From: the human T2T-CHM13v2.0 reference genome, Homo sapiens
Assembly (NCBI RefSeq): GCF_009914755.1
Contig: NC_060936.1
Strand: one strand, 5' to 3'
DNA: 64,000 bases
Shown here one piece after another: positions 1 through 12,571 of this stretch (its first letter is position 1; every line of letters begins with the position of its first letter). The position numbers and the translations under genes were made by a program. The notes beneath the pieces were generated by a model, which was given only the letters and a program-made list of their open reading frames with translations, was not told where the DNA came from and did not search any database.

Positions 1-553
1 CCTAATCCTTTATTCAAATTTTGTTTGAGTATTTTAATTAAATGTCACATGGTCTTTGTATAGGTCTGCTACTCTTCTTTTTAAATTTAGTTCTAAGAAT
101 TTTAGTTTTGTCAATATTTTAAAGGTAGTGTTTGTAGGCATTTCTTGCTAGAGTAAAGAAAATCTATTGATTCCTTTTGTTATGTAGTCCATATCTGGCC
201 AACTCACCAAATTTTCTTATTAATTCTATCAGCTGTTTTTATTCAATTATAAATGTCTTAGATATATGCTTTGTTGAGTAGGAGCAAAGAAGTAGAGCAA
301 CAACATGGTCACTGGAATTGACCATAAAGTATGTCCAGCATATTAACATTAACCATTATGCTTTTGTGTAGAGGTGGAAAGAGAGAACATCTACTCTGAG
401 ATATCAAATATGTGGATTAATTTAGCTGATTTTACATATTATTTCTGTTTCCACATTTTTTTCAGACTGAACTAGACATATCTTTATCTTTTATTTAAAC
501 ATTTGCAATGATTGCATATATTAGCAGTTTATCAAAAGTCCTACTGCATCACT

Positions 554-730
554 ATTTTTTTTTATTTTTTTAGAGAGGGGTGTCACTGTGTTGTCCAGGC
601 TGGAGCACAGTGGCTATTCACAGATGTGATCGTAGCATACTACAGTCTTGAACACCTGGGCTCAAAGCAGTCCTTCCACCTCTGTGTCCTGAGTAGCTTG
701 GACTATAGGTGTATACCACCGGAACTAGCT
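554..730 (-). mobile_element. FAM (fossil Alu monomer, 7SL-derived SINE)
   Basis: T-rich tail followed by a single monomer retaining the 7SL-type segment GTGGCTATTCACAG..GATC that dimeric Alus lack; degenerate flanking repeat TGCATCACTATTTTT / TGCAGCACATTTTT. Confidence 0.8.
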
Positions 731-1605
731 TGCAGCACATTTTTATCAAAGAATAGCATGGCTGGTGTGTGTGCTGAAGTTTGATTTAATTTTTAAGATT
801 TTTATTTGTGATTTCACATTTTAAACTTTATATTTAAATATCTTGATAATTTCCTTGTCATTCACCATTTTATGGGTGTAAATCTTAATAACTAAAATCT
901 ATATGCTGTTTTATATTATGATTTTTATCTTAAAGTCTTTCTCTAGAAAATATCGCTGGGTTCAGTGGTCCTTCTGTGCTCCAAGTTCACTCTTCCCACA
1001 TCTATATTAAATGGCATCAATATATCACAATAACCCATTACATTGTATGTTATTTAAAAACACAAACTGTGTCTAATTATCATTGAATGCCCAATATCTA
1101 ACACTGCTGGACATATTTTGGTGCTAAATATGTTTGCCACACAGAGTTTAACTATTTACTAAGTTTATAGTGACTCATTTTGTCTTCAAAATTATCCTGT
1201 GAGAAATGCTTTACCATTGTTCTAATTTCTCAGTGAAGAAACAGACTATGAGAAACTCAGAGAGTGATTATTCAACTAAAATTTAGTCCTTCGGTTTCCC
1301 ATCCCATATAAGCATTGCTGTTACCCACATCATCATACATTGCATCCTCCAATTATAAGTCCCTGTTTGGCTATTTAATCAATTGTATGATTCAATAAAT
1401 CATACTACCATTTTTATCATCCTTGTGTCTGTTTTTTAAAGTTTAGCCACTTTGTCCTATTTCACCAAAAAAAAAAAAAAATCTTCTTTTCTCAAATTTG
1501 CTTTGCTTCAGCCATAAACTAAACATTTATAACATCTCATAAGCTTATACAACCTGATGAAAATAGAAAAAAATAGAACTTTTATTTTCTTGCTGTATTT
1601 GCTAT

Positions 1606-2028
1606 TGTATGAGTCTGTTCTTGCATTGCTATAAAGAAATACCTGAGCCTAGGTAATTTATAAAGAAAAGAGGCTTAATTGACTCAGTTCTGCAAGCTGT
1701 ACAGGAATATGTGCCTACTTCCCCATTACCTTCCGCCATGATTGTAAGTTTCCTGGTGAGGCCTCAGGAAATGTACAATCATGGCAGAAGGTGAAGGGAA
1801 AGTAGGCACATCTTACATGGCCAGAGAAGGAGGAAAGAGAGAGAAGGTGGGAGGTGCCACACACTTGTAAACCATCAGATCTCTGAGAACTCACTCACTA
1901 GCAGAAGAACACAAGGGGGGAAATCCACCCCCATGATCCAATCATCCCCTACCCAACCGCTACTCCAACAATGGGGATCACAATTTGGACATGAGATTTG
2001 GGAAGGGACACAAACCCAAACTATATCA
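1606..2028 (-). mobile_element. MaLR solo LTR, MSTA/MSTB-like
   Basis: TGTATGAGTCTGTTCTTGCATTGCTATAAAGAAATACCTGAG ... GGGACACAAACCCAAACTATATCA; TG...CA ends; 5-bp TSD GCTAT/ACTAT (1 mismatch). Confidence 0.85.
1709..1811. repeat. 47-bp inverted repeat (hairpin) inside the MST LTR
   Basis: 1709-1755 is the reverse complement of 1765-1811 with 6 mismatches; 9-nt spacer GTGAGGCCT. Confidence 0.9.
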
Positions 2029-3443
2029 ACTATCAACTTAAGTCTATAATTTTTACATGGATAGGTACTATATGCCCAAGTCTTAAAGTTCCATAGCTGT
2101 GGTCATTTTTGCAGGTTAAATTATCTGATTTCTAATCAAAAATGTATTCTAGAGTTAAACCTTCATTTTTGTTAACTGGGAGTTTCTTTCTTGAAATAAT
2201 GCCTCACATTCTATAGTATTTTTATATAAATTTAATGTCTATAAGGCAGCATCTTTCTCCCCTTATTTTAAGATTAAGAAGCTATAGCTTAAAGAGGATA
2301 AGTACCTCATCCAAGGTCACAGAAAAACTAAATAGCCGAACAGGAATTCACAACAGATCCTACAACTCCAGACCTGAAGCTATTCCTTTTACTCCTTCTC
2401 TATGTAGTAAGGTAATAATATTTCAAGTTCTCCATGTGATTGGTTCTTGTGTTTGTTTGTTTGTCCGGAGGGTAACATCCTTTCCACATTTCTTTCAATC
2501 TCTTCTGTATCATCAAATGGTTTGTTTAGCAAGATTTCCGAAATTCATTTGGTCCTTTCCTGTTGCCTACTTAAAATAGGCAGATCTAATACTTTCTCCA
2601 CAAATAGGATATAGCATTTAACTTCATTTTGATTTCAGAACATGTACTTATTTCCTCTAATCAGCAGAAAGCTTGGTTTTTCCCTTCACTAGAATTGAAT
2701 AATTTGAACTTCGCTTATAGTAAACACTTGATTTACAACAATACTTTCACTACGTATATTGATTTACATTAAGGCCAACAAAATGCCATATTTATTCTTC
2801 ATTCATTCATTGTTCATTGTCAAAGATTATGTGCTTTGTAGTTAATGTAGAACTTCCAGGAATTCCTGTTTATTCTCATATTTTAACCTAAATCCCTGAA
2901 AAGTAATTTATTTAAGTATCAGCTTCTCAGCTTCAATTCAAAGCAGAACTCAAGTAAAACAAGTTGTCTTCCTTAAATACTTCTTATTTTATACATTAAA
3001 GGCTGGTTCCCATCATCTTTTCCTTACAGATATACTCTATCTACTCTCCATGGTGCTCAAATGCATGTAACTAAATAACCAACCTTATAATTCTGAAAAA
3101 TAAAATCATGGTGGATGAGGACTGGAATCATGGATTTTTCTTGTTGCTTATTTGGTTTTTGCTTAAGCTTTTGTCATTAATACCTGCAGTCTATATTCAG
3201 GTTTCATTGTTTTTAGATTACATCCTCATGGGAATTCTTTTTTTAAAACATATACACATTTTATTGGAGTTTTCTTTTCAAATTCAAAAAGGAGAACATT
3301 ATTTTTTCAAAGCCAAGAAAGAGAAGAGTATATGAAAAAAGTCAATTTTGTGCATATCTTTTTACATTTCTTTCTATGCTCATGTAAAACATGCATTACT
3401 TATGTAATTATACACATATGTTCCCGGTCTCATCTGTATTAAA

Positions 3444-4978
3444 TTTTTTTTATTATTGTACTTTAAGTTCTGGGGTACATGTGCAGAACATGCAGGTTTG
3501 TTACATAGACATACACATGCCATGGTGGTTTGCTGCACCCATCAACCCATCATCTACATTAGGTATTTCTCCCAATGCTGTCCCTCCCCTAGCCCCCCAC
3601 CAGCCAACAGGCTGTGTCCATGTGTTCTCACTGTCCAACTCTCACTTATGAATGAGAACATACAGTGTTTGCTTTTCTGTTCCCGTCTTAGTTTGCTGAG
3701 AATGATGGTTTCCAGCTTTATCCATGTCTCTGCAAAGGACATGAACTCATCCTTTTTTATGGCTGCATAGTATTCCATGGTGTATATGTGCCATATTTTC
3801 TTTATCCAGTCTATCATTGATGGTCATTTGGGTTGGTTCCATGTCTTTGCTATTGTGAACAGTGCTGCAATAAACATACGTGTACGTGTCTTTATAGTAG
3901 AATGATTTATAATCCTTTGGGTATATACCCAGTAATAGGATTGCTGGGTCAACCAGTATTTCTGGTTCTGGATTCTTGAGGAATTGCCACACTATCTTCC
4001 ACAATGGTTGAAAAGCATTCCTGTTTCGCCACATCCTCTCCATCATCTGTCGTTTCCTGACTTTTGAATGATCGCCATTCAAAATGGCATTAGATGGTAT
4101 CTCATTGTGGTTTTGATTTGCATTTCTCTAATGGCCAGTGATGATGAGTTCTTTTTCATATGTTTGTTGGCTGCATAAATGTCTTCTTTTGAGAAGTGTC
4201 TGTTCATATCCTTCACCCACTTTTTGATGGGGTTGTTTAGGGTTTTTTTGTAAATTTGTTTAAGTTCTTTGTAGATTCTGGATATTAGCCCTTTGTCAGA
4301 TGGATTGCAAAAATTTTCTCCCATTCTGTAGATTGCCATACTGCCCAAAGTAATTTATAGATTCGATGCTATCCCCATCAAGCTACCATTGACTTTCTGC
4401 ACATAATTAGAAAAAACTACTTTATATTTCATATGAAACCAAAAGAGAGCCCCTGTAGCCAAGACAATCCTAACCAAAAAGAACAAAGCTGGAGGCATCA
4501 TGCTACCTGACTTCAAACTATACTACAAGGATACAATAACCAAAACAGCATGGTACTGGTACCAAAACAGATATATAGACCAATGGAACAGAACAGAGGC
4601 TTCAGAAATAATGCCACACATGTACAATCATCTGATCTTTGACAAACCTGGCAAAAAACAAGCAATGAGGATTCCCTATTTAATAAATGGTGTTGGGAAA
4701 ACTGGCTAGCCATATGCAGAAAACTAAAACTCAACCCCTTCCTTACACCTTATACAAAAATTAACTCAAGATGGATTAAAGACTTAAACGTAAGACCTAA
4801 AACCATAAAACCCCTAGAAGAAAACCTAGGCAATACCATTCAGGACATAGGCATGGGCAAAGACTTCATGACTAAAACAACAAAAGCAGTTGCAGCAAAA
4901 GCCAGAATTGACAAATGAGATCTAATTGAACTAAAGAGTTTCTGCACAGCAAAAGAAACTATCATCAGAGTGAACAGG
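3444..4978 (-). mobile_element. 5'-truncated, 5'-inverted L1PA (L1PA7/8-like)
   Basis: Poly-T, 3'UTR and ORF2 C-terminus on the minus strand (3444-4337; [14 protein letters not shown]), then ORF2 on the plus strand (4338-4978; [26 protein letters not shown]); candidate TSD AAATT(T/C)TTT. Confidence 0.92.
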
Positions 4979-5199
4979 AAATTCTTTATTAGAAAATTAC
5001 ATCACTCCTTCCTCACTATATATTCCTAATATCCTAATTTAGACTATTGTTTTAACCTAGATTTTTATAAAAGTCTCCTGAATTATCTTCCTTCTACTGT
5101 CTTTCCTCTGTGAGAAATCTCCCCTCCATGACCTGCTATCTGAGTAAGGCTGTCAGAATGTTCTGACCTATACTTAATGTTCCAAGCACTTCAAATCCA

Positions 5200-5690
5200 C
5201 CTTATACCAAATGACCCTCCCTTCCCCTACCCTGCTCAAGTCTGCCCCTGCCCCAGGCTCCCTCGATATGACATCACCACATACTCAGCCAAGCAGGCAA
5301 CATTAAATCATCTTTGATTCCTCCCTTTTCCTCACTCCATACTCTTCTTCATTCATCCATCCATTCATTAAATCAATATTTAAAGAGCTCTGACTATAGG
5401 GCACAGTGTGAGGTACTATTAATTTTGTACTTTCTGCCATATGTTCCTTCCTCTACCACCTCTTTTCTCCACATGTCAAAATTCTATTCATCCTTCAGGA
5501 CCCAGTCCAAAAGACATGTGAACTTCCTATGTGAAGCCTTTTCTAATTTATTCCTACTATCCCCCAATAACTTTTTTTAATGTAACTAAATAATTATTTA
5601 TTTACACACTACTATCATGATATTCATTGCAATTTGATTTGTATTGGAAAGTAATCTATGCCTCCTCTACCAGGTTACACACATGATGTA
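5200..5690 (+). mobile_element. Degenerate L2 fragments
   Basis: Pyrimidine-rich L2-like text (ATTCTATTCATCCTTCAGGACCCAG, CATTCATTAAATCAATATTTA); boundaries approximate. Confidence 0.5.
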
Positions 5691-5775
5691 CATATTTTTT
5701 AGGATCTCATCAAGAAGGTAGAATAGACGTTCAAAGGTCAATTATCAATGTATCCCCCAAATCCAAAAGGTTAGC

Positions 5776-6133
5776 TTCTATGAAATGTATGTTTGTGACT
5801 CCTTAGAAATTTAAATCCTAATCCCCAAGGTAATGATATTAGAAGGTGGGGGCCTTTGAGAGGTGATTAGATCACAAGGGTAGAGTCCTCATGGATGGGA
5901 TTAGTGACCTTATAAAAGAGGCCCAGAGGAACTTGTTTGCCCTTTTCACTATGTGAGGACACAGCTAAAAGCATCATCTATGAACCAGAATGTGAGTGCT
6001 CACCAGACAACCAAACCTGCCAGTGTCTCAATCTTGGACTGCTCAGCCTCCAGAACTGTGAAACATAAACTTCTATTGTTTATAAGCTACCCAGCCACGA
6101 TATTTTGTTATAGCAACCTGATAGGCTAAGAGA
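5776..6133 (+). mobile_element. MaLR solo LTR (MLT1A/MSTD-like)
   Basis: GGGCCTTTGAGAGGTGATTAGATCA...CAGCCTCCAGAACTGTGA..TTGTTTATAAGCTACCCAG...CTAAGAGA; exact 5-bp TSD TTAGC at 5771-5775 and 6134-6138. Confidence 0.85.
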
Positions 6134-6651
6134 TTAGCAGAGCACGGAATATTTGGGGAAATATCATACTTAAGAATCTGTGCGAGTATGCAGTCACTTG
6201 GGAGAAGGTAACTGGCAAGATTGAGTCCTTGTCTTAAAAGAAAAGTGATGTGCTAGGTGAATAACCAATCAAGGACTCAATCAAGAAGCAAGGCAGCAAG
6301 TTCATTTTAAACACTAGACTCTGGGAGGGGACTGAATTTCAGCAGCAACAAGTAAGAAGTCTAATTAGCAGGGATGGACTAGTTCCAACAGTACTTTGAC
6401 AATATCACATAATTACTGCTACTTGACTAGTCATAAATGACACTTGTAAAGCAGGAACAAGACTGAGGTTGCAAACAAGTCAGTGGCTCCAACTCTAAGA
6501 AGCTGAGAATGGCATGGCATTGTGCAGCCGCTGAATCTCCTAATCAGAAAATACACTCAATTGCATTCAGTAAACATTTGTCTCTGAGTTAAAGGCTAAA
6601 TAAAATCTATAATGGACCTAGAAATTTCTGAAAAAAAAATTTGAACCCTGC

Positions 6652-6851
6652 CATCCATTGATGGACATTTGAGTTGTTTCCACCTTTGGGGTATTTTAAA
6701 TAACATCGCTGTGAACGTGGGGGTATAATTATCTCTTCAAGACCCTGCTTCCAGTTTTTTGAGGAACTGCCATACTATTTTCCACAGTGTCTGTACCGTT
6801 TTACTTTCCCATCTACAGAGTACAAGTGTTCCAACTTCTCCTCATCTTCAC
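6652..6851 (-). mobile_element. Old L1M fragment (continues after 7232), interrupted by an LTR
   Basis: CCATTGATGGACATTTGAGTTGTTTCCAC...GAGGAACTGCCATACTATTTTCCACAG...; resumes as TTCACCAACACTC after the LTR. Confidence 0.75.
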
Positions 6852-7231
6852 TGTCCTCATCATTCTGTGCTGCTATAAAAAAATGTAGCTGAGACTGGAT
6901 AGTTTATAAAGAACAGACATTTATTTCTCACAGTTCTGGAGGCTAAAAAGTCTAAGATCAAGGCATTGGCAGGTTTGGTTGTCTGGTGAGGGCTGCTATC
7001 TACTTGCAAGATGGCACCCTGCTGCTGCATGTTCCAGAGGAAGGAACACTGGTGGAAGAGAAAGAGGGCTGAGGCTTCAGGGGACCTCTTTTATAAGGGC
7101 TGTAATCCCATCCATGAGGGAGGGGCCTTTATGGCCTAATCATCTCTTAAAGACCCACCTCTTAATACTACCACATTGAGCATTAAGTTTAAATATCTGT
7201 ATTTTGAAGAGGACATATTCAAACCATACCA
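6852..7231 (-). mobile_element. MaLR solo LTR (MSTC/MLT1A-like) nested in L1M
   Basis: TGTC..TCTGTGCTGCTATAA...TCTCACAGTTCTGGAGGCT...ATTCAAACCATACCA; exact 5-bp TSD TTCAC at 6847-6851 and 7232-7236. Confidence 0.85.
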
Positions 7232-9309
7232 TTCACCAACACTCATTATTTTCTGTTATTGTTGTTGTTTTTATTCTTATGGGTATGAGATGCCATTAAT
7301 CATCTTTTAAAACATCCATGTCATCAAGTCTGTGGCTGAGCAAATAGTAATATTCAATAAATACTTATGCAATTAAATTGAAAAAGGGCTGAGCTCAGCA
7401 GCATCTGAAAAAAGCAGATGTGCATTACATGATGTAATTCCATCTCAAGGAGATTGAGTGTTTTGCTCTCACTTGCAGCTATGCTAATACAAATTCTCTC
7501 TTCCTTCTTTCTAATTTTGAGGTGTTTCAAACTATGGACACATTTACAACATTGTGGGAGATTTCATGAATGATTGTGAAATTCCTTGTGTTTTGCCAGT
7601 CAATGAAACGGTCACTTTTCTATATGCATCTTTTCCTATGTGTATATGCTATTATGTTAAGTAAGTTTATATAAGAGCAGTAGATGTGTAGAATAATATC
7701 CATGTTGACCTGGAGCAAAATACATTTATATTACAAATTTTTAATTGCTCTAAATTAAAGGTAAGAAGTGATGAGAGACTATATTACAGGGGGTCCTGAT
7801 CTTTGCTTGTGGGTCAGGCTTCAGCGAAGATGTGACATTTGAGTGCATCTTTTTCTATGTGCATATTCTTTGCCTTGTACTTTTCTGTAACCAGGCAAAA
7901 ATTAATTCAACCAAGAGATACTGATTCATCACCTGCTAAATGTAAGCACTGTGCTAGGCTCAGTGGGGTTGCAGAGAGGAACCTAAGGACTTGGCTTGCT
8001 CCCAAGTAATGACAGAGGCTGGGAATCATCCTGGTTCCAAAGAGATTCTATAGCAGAGCAAGGTCAAAGTCCTTACATGCAAGATATAAATGTAATGGGT
8101 AAGTTAAAGAGAATCTCATAGCCATTCATCATGCACCTAGTGAAATGATTTGATTCTAAAGAACATGCTACACTCCCATTGTTTGTCCTATCCATTTGTC
8201 CATTTGAATAAAACACGTCCACACAACACGTGCATTATATCAAAATGCACTGGCAGGCTGGCACTGTTCATTCAATCTATAATAATGCAAGGTGCTGGAA
8301 ATTGAAGTGAAAGTTGAACCGACTCCTTGAACCATTCAAAATAACATTCAAAGAAGCATCCATTTTTAGAATACCAAATATTTCCATTCTGAATTTGAAA
8401 ATCAACCTAGTGGCAGGAGGACTGAAAAAGGAAATCAGAATAAAACAGACTGATAAGTCGAAATTTGTGAAATTCCTGTTTTTGCATAAAATGAATGGGG
8501 AAAAAATATAAAGTTGATCTATTCACCATTGTCATCCATGCTCCAATAAAGAAGATTAGAGTTAGTCCAGATAGGACAGACACACAAGCAAGGAAGCACA
8601 TAAGCAGGTCTGCAGTCCCATATTTCTGTAATCTGGGTCCAGGCCTGGTAATGTTATGGTGTTCAACCTTTGCTAATGAGGTCTTCTTTTTGGTTCAATG
8701 GGTATTCATTATTTAGCAGACATCACCACATTTTACTATCATTTACAAACTGGTTGAAAACATATTCCCTGACCCCTTCTGATATTAGATGCTCTTCTAG
8801 ATAGCAGTAGAAAAGAAATGGTGAGATATATAGACAATGAAATTTCAAAAACTTCATTTCTGCTGGTCTGACCTTATTTTCTTTTTCTATATACAACCTG
8901 CTTATTCCTATTTCTGGGCCTTTTGTCATGCTATTTTACCTACATAGCGTATCTTCCATACCGCTCTACAAGCACTTCCATTAAAACCCTGTCAGTATTC
9001 TCAATCATTCTCCAAGCTGAGAAAAACTGAACAGCATTTTCTTGGAGCTCCATTAGTACTCTACATATGAATTGTAGTATAATAAGCCCAGGCTTCAGGT
9101 CCCTACATTGTACTTAAGAATGTGCATTAAATATGCTTGATCATTTTAAAGCATTATACAAAAACATGAGACATACACACAAGCTTCAATCTCAGCATCA
9201 TTGCCTCAAGCCCCACATTCAGCATTTTGGGCTTGTTGTGTTTGTTTGAACACATTCAGGTCTGCTTTGCTTGTCTATATTTTCAGGGGTATTATGATTA
9301 AGTAATAAA

Positions 9310-9500
9310 AATAACAATAGCTTCCATTTTTTGACAGCTTACTCTGTTCTAGTCACTGTGCTAATCATTTTTCACACATTATCTTAGTCAATCATTGAAA
9401 CAATGCTATTCAATTGAGTTGATATGAGGATTATTATTCCAATCAATCACATTAGGAAACTGATAGAGAAGATAAGTAGAAACTTGCCCCAGAGTTCATG
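9310..9500 (-). mobile_element. MIR
   Basis: ATAGCTTCCATTTTTTGACAGCTTACTCTGTTCTAGTCACTGTGCTAA ... GGAAACTGA ... AACTTGCCCCAG core-like motifs. Confidence 0.55.
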
Positions 9501-10289
9501 ACTCTATGAACTCTTACTTTGCCATAGATGATATCATCTCTAATAAAGGTGGAATCAGATTGTTGGCTTTACAAACATGTAAAACTGACTGATTTCATAT
9601 TCTTTCTCTGCCCTTCATAAGCTAGGTTATGCTGAAGGAGTTTGCTGATCACTTTAAGCCACAATTTCTTCATCAATAAAATAATGTGATTGTGATTATT
9701 AAATGGAATAATGTATATGAAATGCAAAATAAATGATTATCACACAGGAAACATTGAGCAAGTGTTCTGTTTTTCCCTTTCGAATACGTTGTAAGTTCTT
9801 CAAGTCAGAAATATCATTATGACATTGGAGCACTCTAGTGTTTCTAGCACAATAATGCCACCATAAGTAATCAATAAATGCTTTATGACTGAACAACAAA
9901 CATTTATTATGATTAAGAAACAAATGTATCCATATTCTAGCAAATTTTAAGGTTAAAAAACGATTGTTTTAATAATCTAAACTTTTCTCTTCCTATCCTT
10001 GAAGACTATTATTCATTAGTGAGACTCTGTAAAGAATATGAAAAAGCAACAGTTGAACACAGGCTAAGTCTGGAGACATATTAAATAACTAAAAAGAATC
10101 CTGACTCGGTTTCTGACCATTAAACTATTTTAAAATATTAGACTATTTTTAAAATATACAGCCTGAAAAAATAAAAATACAGGACTTCGTCTGAGTGCCT
10201 AAATCTTATATTCCTCATTGTGTAAGAGGGCAATGCATAAGAGGTACACATCCATTAAATATCTGTAATGAAAGACCTAATAGTACTAA

Positions 10290-10720
10290 GTAAAAAAATA
10301 AATGACAACATATATCTGATCTCCAGTGAACTCATAGTCTAATAGAGAAAACATGTGTGACATATGTGGTAAATACATTTTTTTAAAGTACAAAAATAAT
10401 GATATAATAATACAAAAGAAGGAGATATTCACTAAGATTGAAGGATCATAGAACTCAATACACGTTTGAACTTGGTCTTGAAGAGTTCAAATTCACAAGG
10501 CAAAGATGATGACAAAAGAATATTCCACACAGAGGAAACTGTAAGAACAAAGGCAGAGATATACAAAAAAGAAAGTTGCAACATTTTTGGAGAATGTCAA
10601 GAGATCCAATATGGCTAAAGCAAACGGCAAGTGAAGCTACATAGTCAGAGAAAGGATGAGAAAGGAAATACGGTTGGACTATTAAGGAGCTTGACAGTCA
10701 TAATAAGAGGCCTAGACTCA
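10290..10720 (-). mobile_element. Degenerate L2
   Basis: GAACTCATAGTCTAATAGAGAA, GAACTTGGTCTTGAAG, AACAAAGGCAGAG motifs typical of antisense L2; approximate. Confidence 0.5.
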
Positions 10721-12057
10721 AAGCAGAAGTTTGGACCCTGCCATTTCAACTCTGAGGATATTTTTACCCTGCCATTTTGACCCAGTTGTATACCAAATTC
10801 ATGTCTTCATTCTTTAAAATATATAAATTGAATAAAATATTCTTGTTATTTATTCCTGACACTAAGAGCAAAAAAGAATAACTAAGAAATCAAAAAATTA
10901 ATTAGCTAATTGATAATGGAGATTACTGGTAGATATCATCAAATCAGGATAGAACAGATAATGGCTAAAATTGCACAGGGTAAAATTTGTTAACAAGGAT
11001 CTAATTTTCTTAGTAAAATTCATATCTGATTTTTTTGGTTCCCCAAATATTGGACTTGTTAGAAATAATGGCCACAAAAGAAAAAATACAATGTCGGAAG
11101 CTATAATTGTTAAATATGATAAGAATAAAACTGGCTGTAAAGGATAAGCAAGACTTAAATAAACAAAGCAGGGATAACACATCTGGGACACAAGAAATGA
11201 ATCATTTTGGCCAAAAGAATTTTTTTCTTCAGAAGTTATAATCTTAAAAATTAAATTGCACATCAAACCCCAATTTGGAAGGCTTTTGCAACAGTCAAAG
11301 GAGTTTGGTAATAACAAAAACTATGTTCTTCTCGAGAAAATGATATAACAGAAGAACTGTTTTTAGATAATTGACTAGTTAACAAACATGCATTAAAGAC
11401 CAAGAAATAATCACCGAGAAGTAGTTATAGAAACAAGAGTCACCAGTTTAAAAGCTAGTGCAAGAATCATCAATGGACACCTAGACTAGAATGGTCACAT
11501 TGAGAGTGGTAAAGAAAAATTCGAAAAGCATTTTAAGAAATGAAAAAAAAAAAATACCTGGTCCTCAAAGACTAATTCTATACAGAAAAAGAATCTAGAA
11601 GGCTAAAGTATTTCTTCTGGAATATCTGTATTTCACGAATTTAAAACAGGAGAGGATAATGCATAACGTCTTATGATTCATTAGTTCTAAACAATGAAGA
11701 TTGAGAAAAAAGTTATAAGATATAGCAAAATAGATCATTATTGAACTAAGAAGAAGTGGAAAGAAGCTGGGAGGGTATGGAAAGCAGGGAAGAATAAGGA
11801 TTGAGTGGAAATCAAAGACACAAAGACAATGAATATAGAATGCTCATTTGAAAATCACACAGGAAAGGGTGATGAAGGAAGACTTCCTGGAAAGAAAATG
11901 GAAATGTTATCTGGGTCTTGAAGGATAAATAGAAATAAGACAGGCAGAGAGACAGTGGTAAATTATACAATACTCTTGAATCCACACAAAGTCTTGTTAT
12001 TGCTCTTATGGTAAGAGAACTTAATAGAGAAACAGAAGTTATATTTAATAATGATCC

Positions 12058-12200
12058 ATAGCATTAGGAGATATACCTAATGTTAAATGACGAGTTAATG
12101 GGTACAGCACACCAACATGGCACATGTATACATATGTAACAAATCTGCACGTTGTGCACACGTACCCTAAAACTTAAAGTATAATAAAAAAAAGAAAAAA
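12058..12200 (+). mobile_element. Short L1PA3/4-like 3' end with poly-A
   Basis: ATAGCATTAGGAGATATACCTAATGTTAAATGACGAG...CCCTAAAACTTAAAGTATAATAAAAAA. Confidence 0.88.
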
Positions 12201-12571
12201 AGAAAATGTGGCACATATACAACATGGAATACTATGCAGCCATAAAAAAGGATGAGTTCATGTCCTTTGCAGGGACATGGATGAAGCTGGAGACCATCAT
12301 TCTCAGCAAAATTTCACAAGGACAGAAAACTAAACACCACATGTTCTCACTCATAAGTGGGAGTTGAACAATGAGAACACATGGACACTGGGAGGGAAAC
12401 ATACACACCATGGCATGTTGTGGGGTAGGGGGCTGGGGGAGGGATAGTGTTAGGAGAAATACCTAATGTAAATGACGAGTTAATGGGTGCAGCAAACCAA
12501 CATGGCACATGTATACATATGCAACAAACTTGCACGTTGTGCACATGTACCCTAGAACTTAAAGTATAAAA
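12201..12571 (+). mobile_element. L1PA5/6-like ORF2 end and 3'UTR
   Basis: AGAAAATGTGGCACATATAC...GGAGAAATACCTAATGTAAATGACG...CCCTAGAACTTAAAGTATAAAA; diagnostic positions differ from the preceding copy. Confidence 0.88.

Noticed and set aside
8150-8930. Cluster of short ORFs in unique sequence, including a minus-strand frame VDFQIQNG...PCIIID*
   Set aside because: No recognisable protein similarity and no convincing paired splice sites.
10120-10160. Short imperfect duplications (also 49267-49291 and 55644-55700)
   Set aside because: Ordinary slippage in AT-rich DNA.
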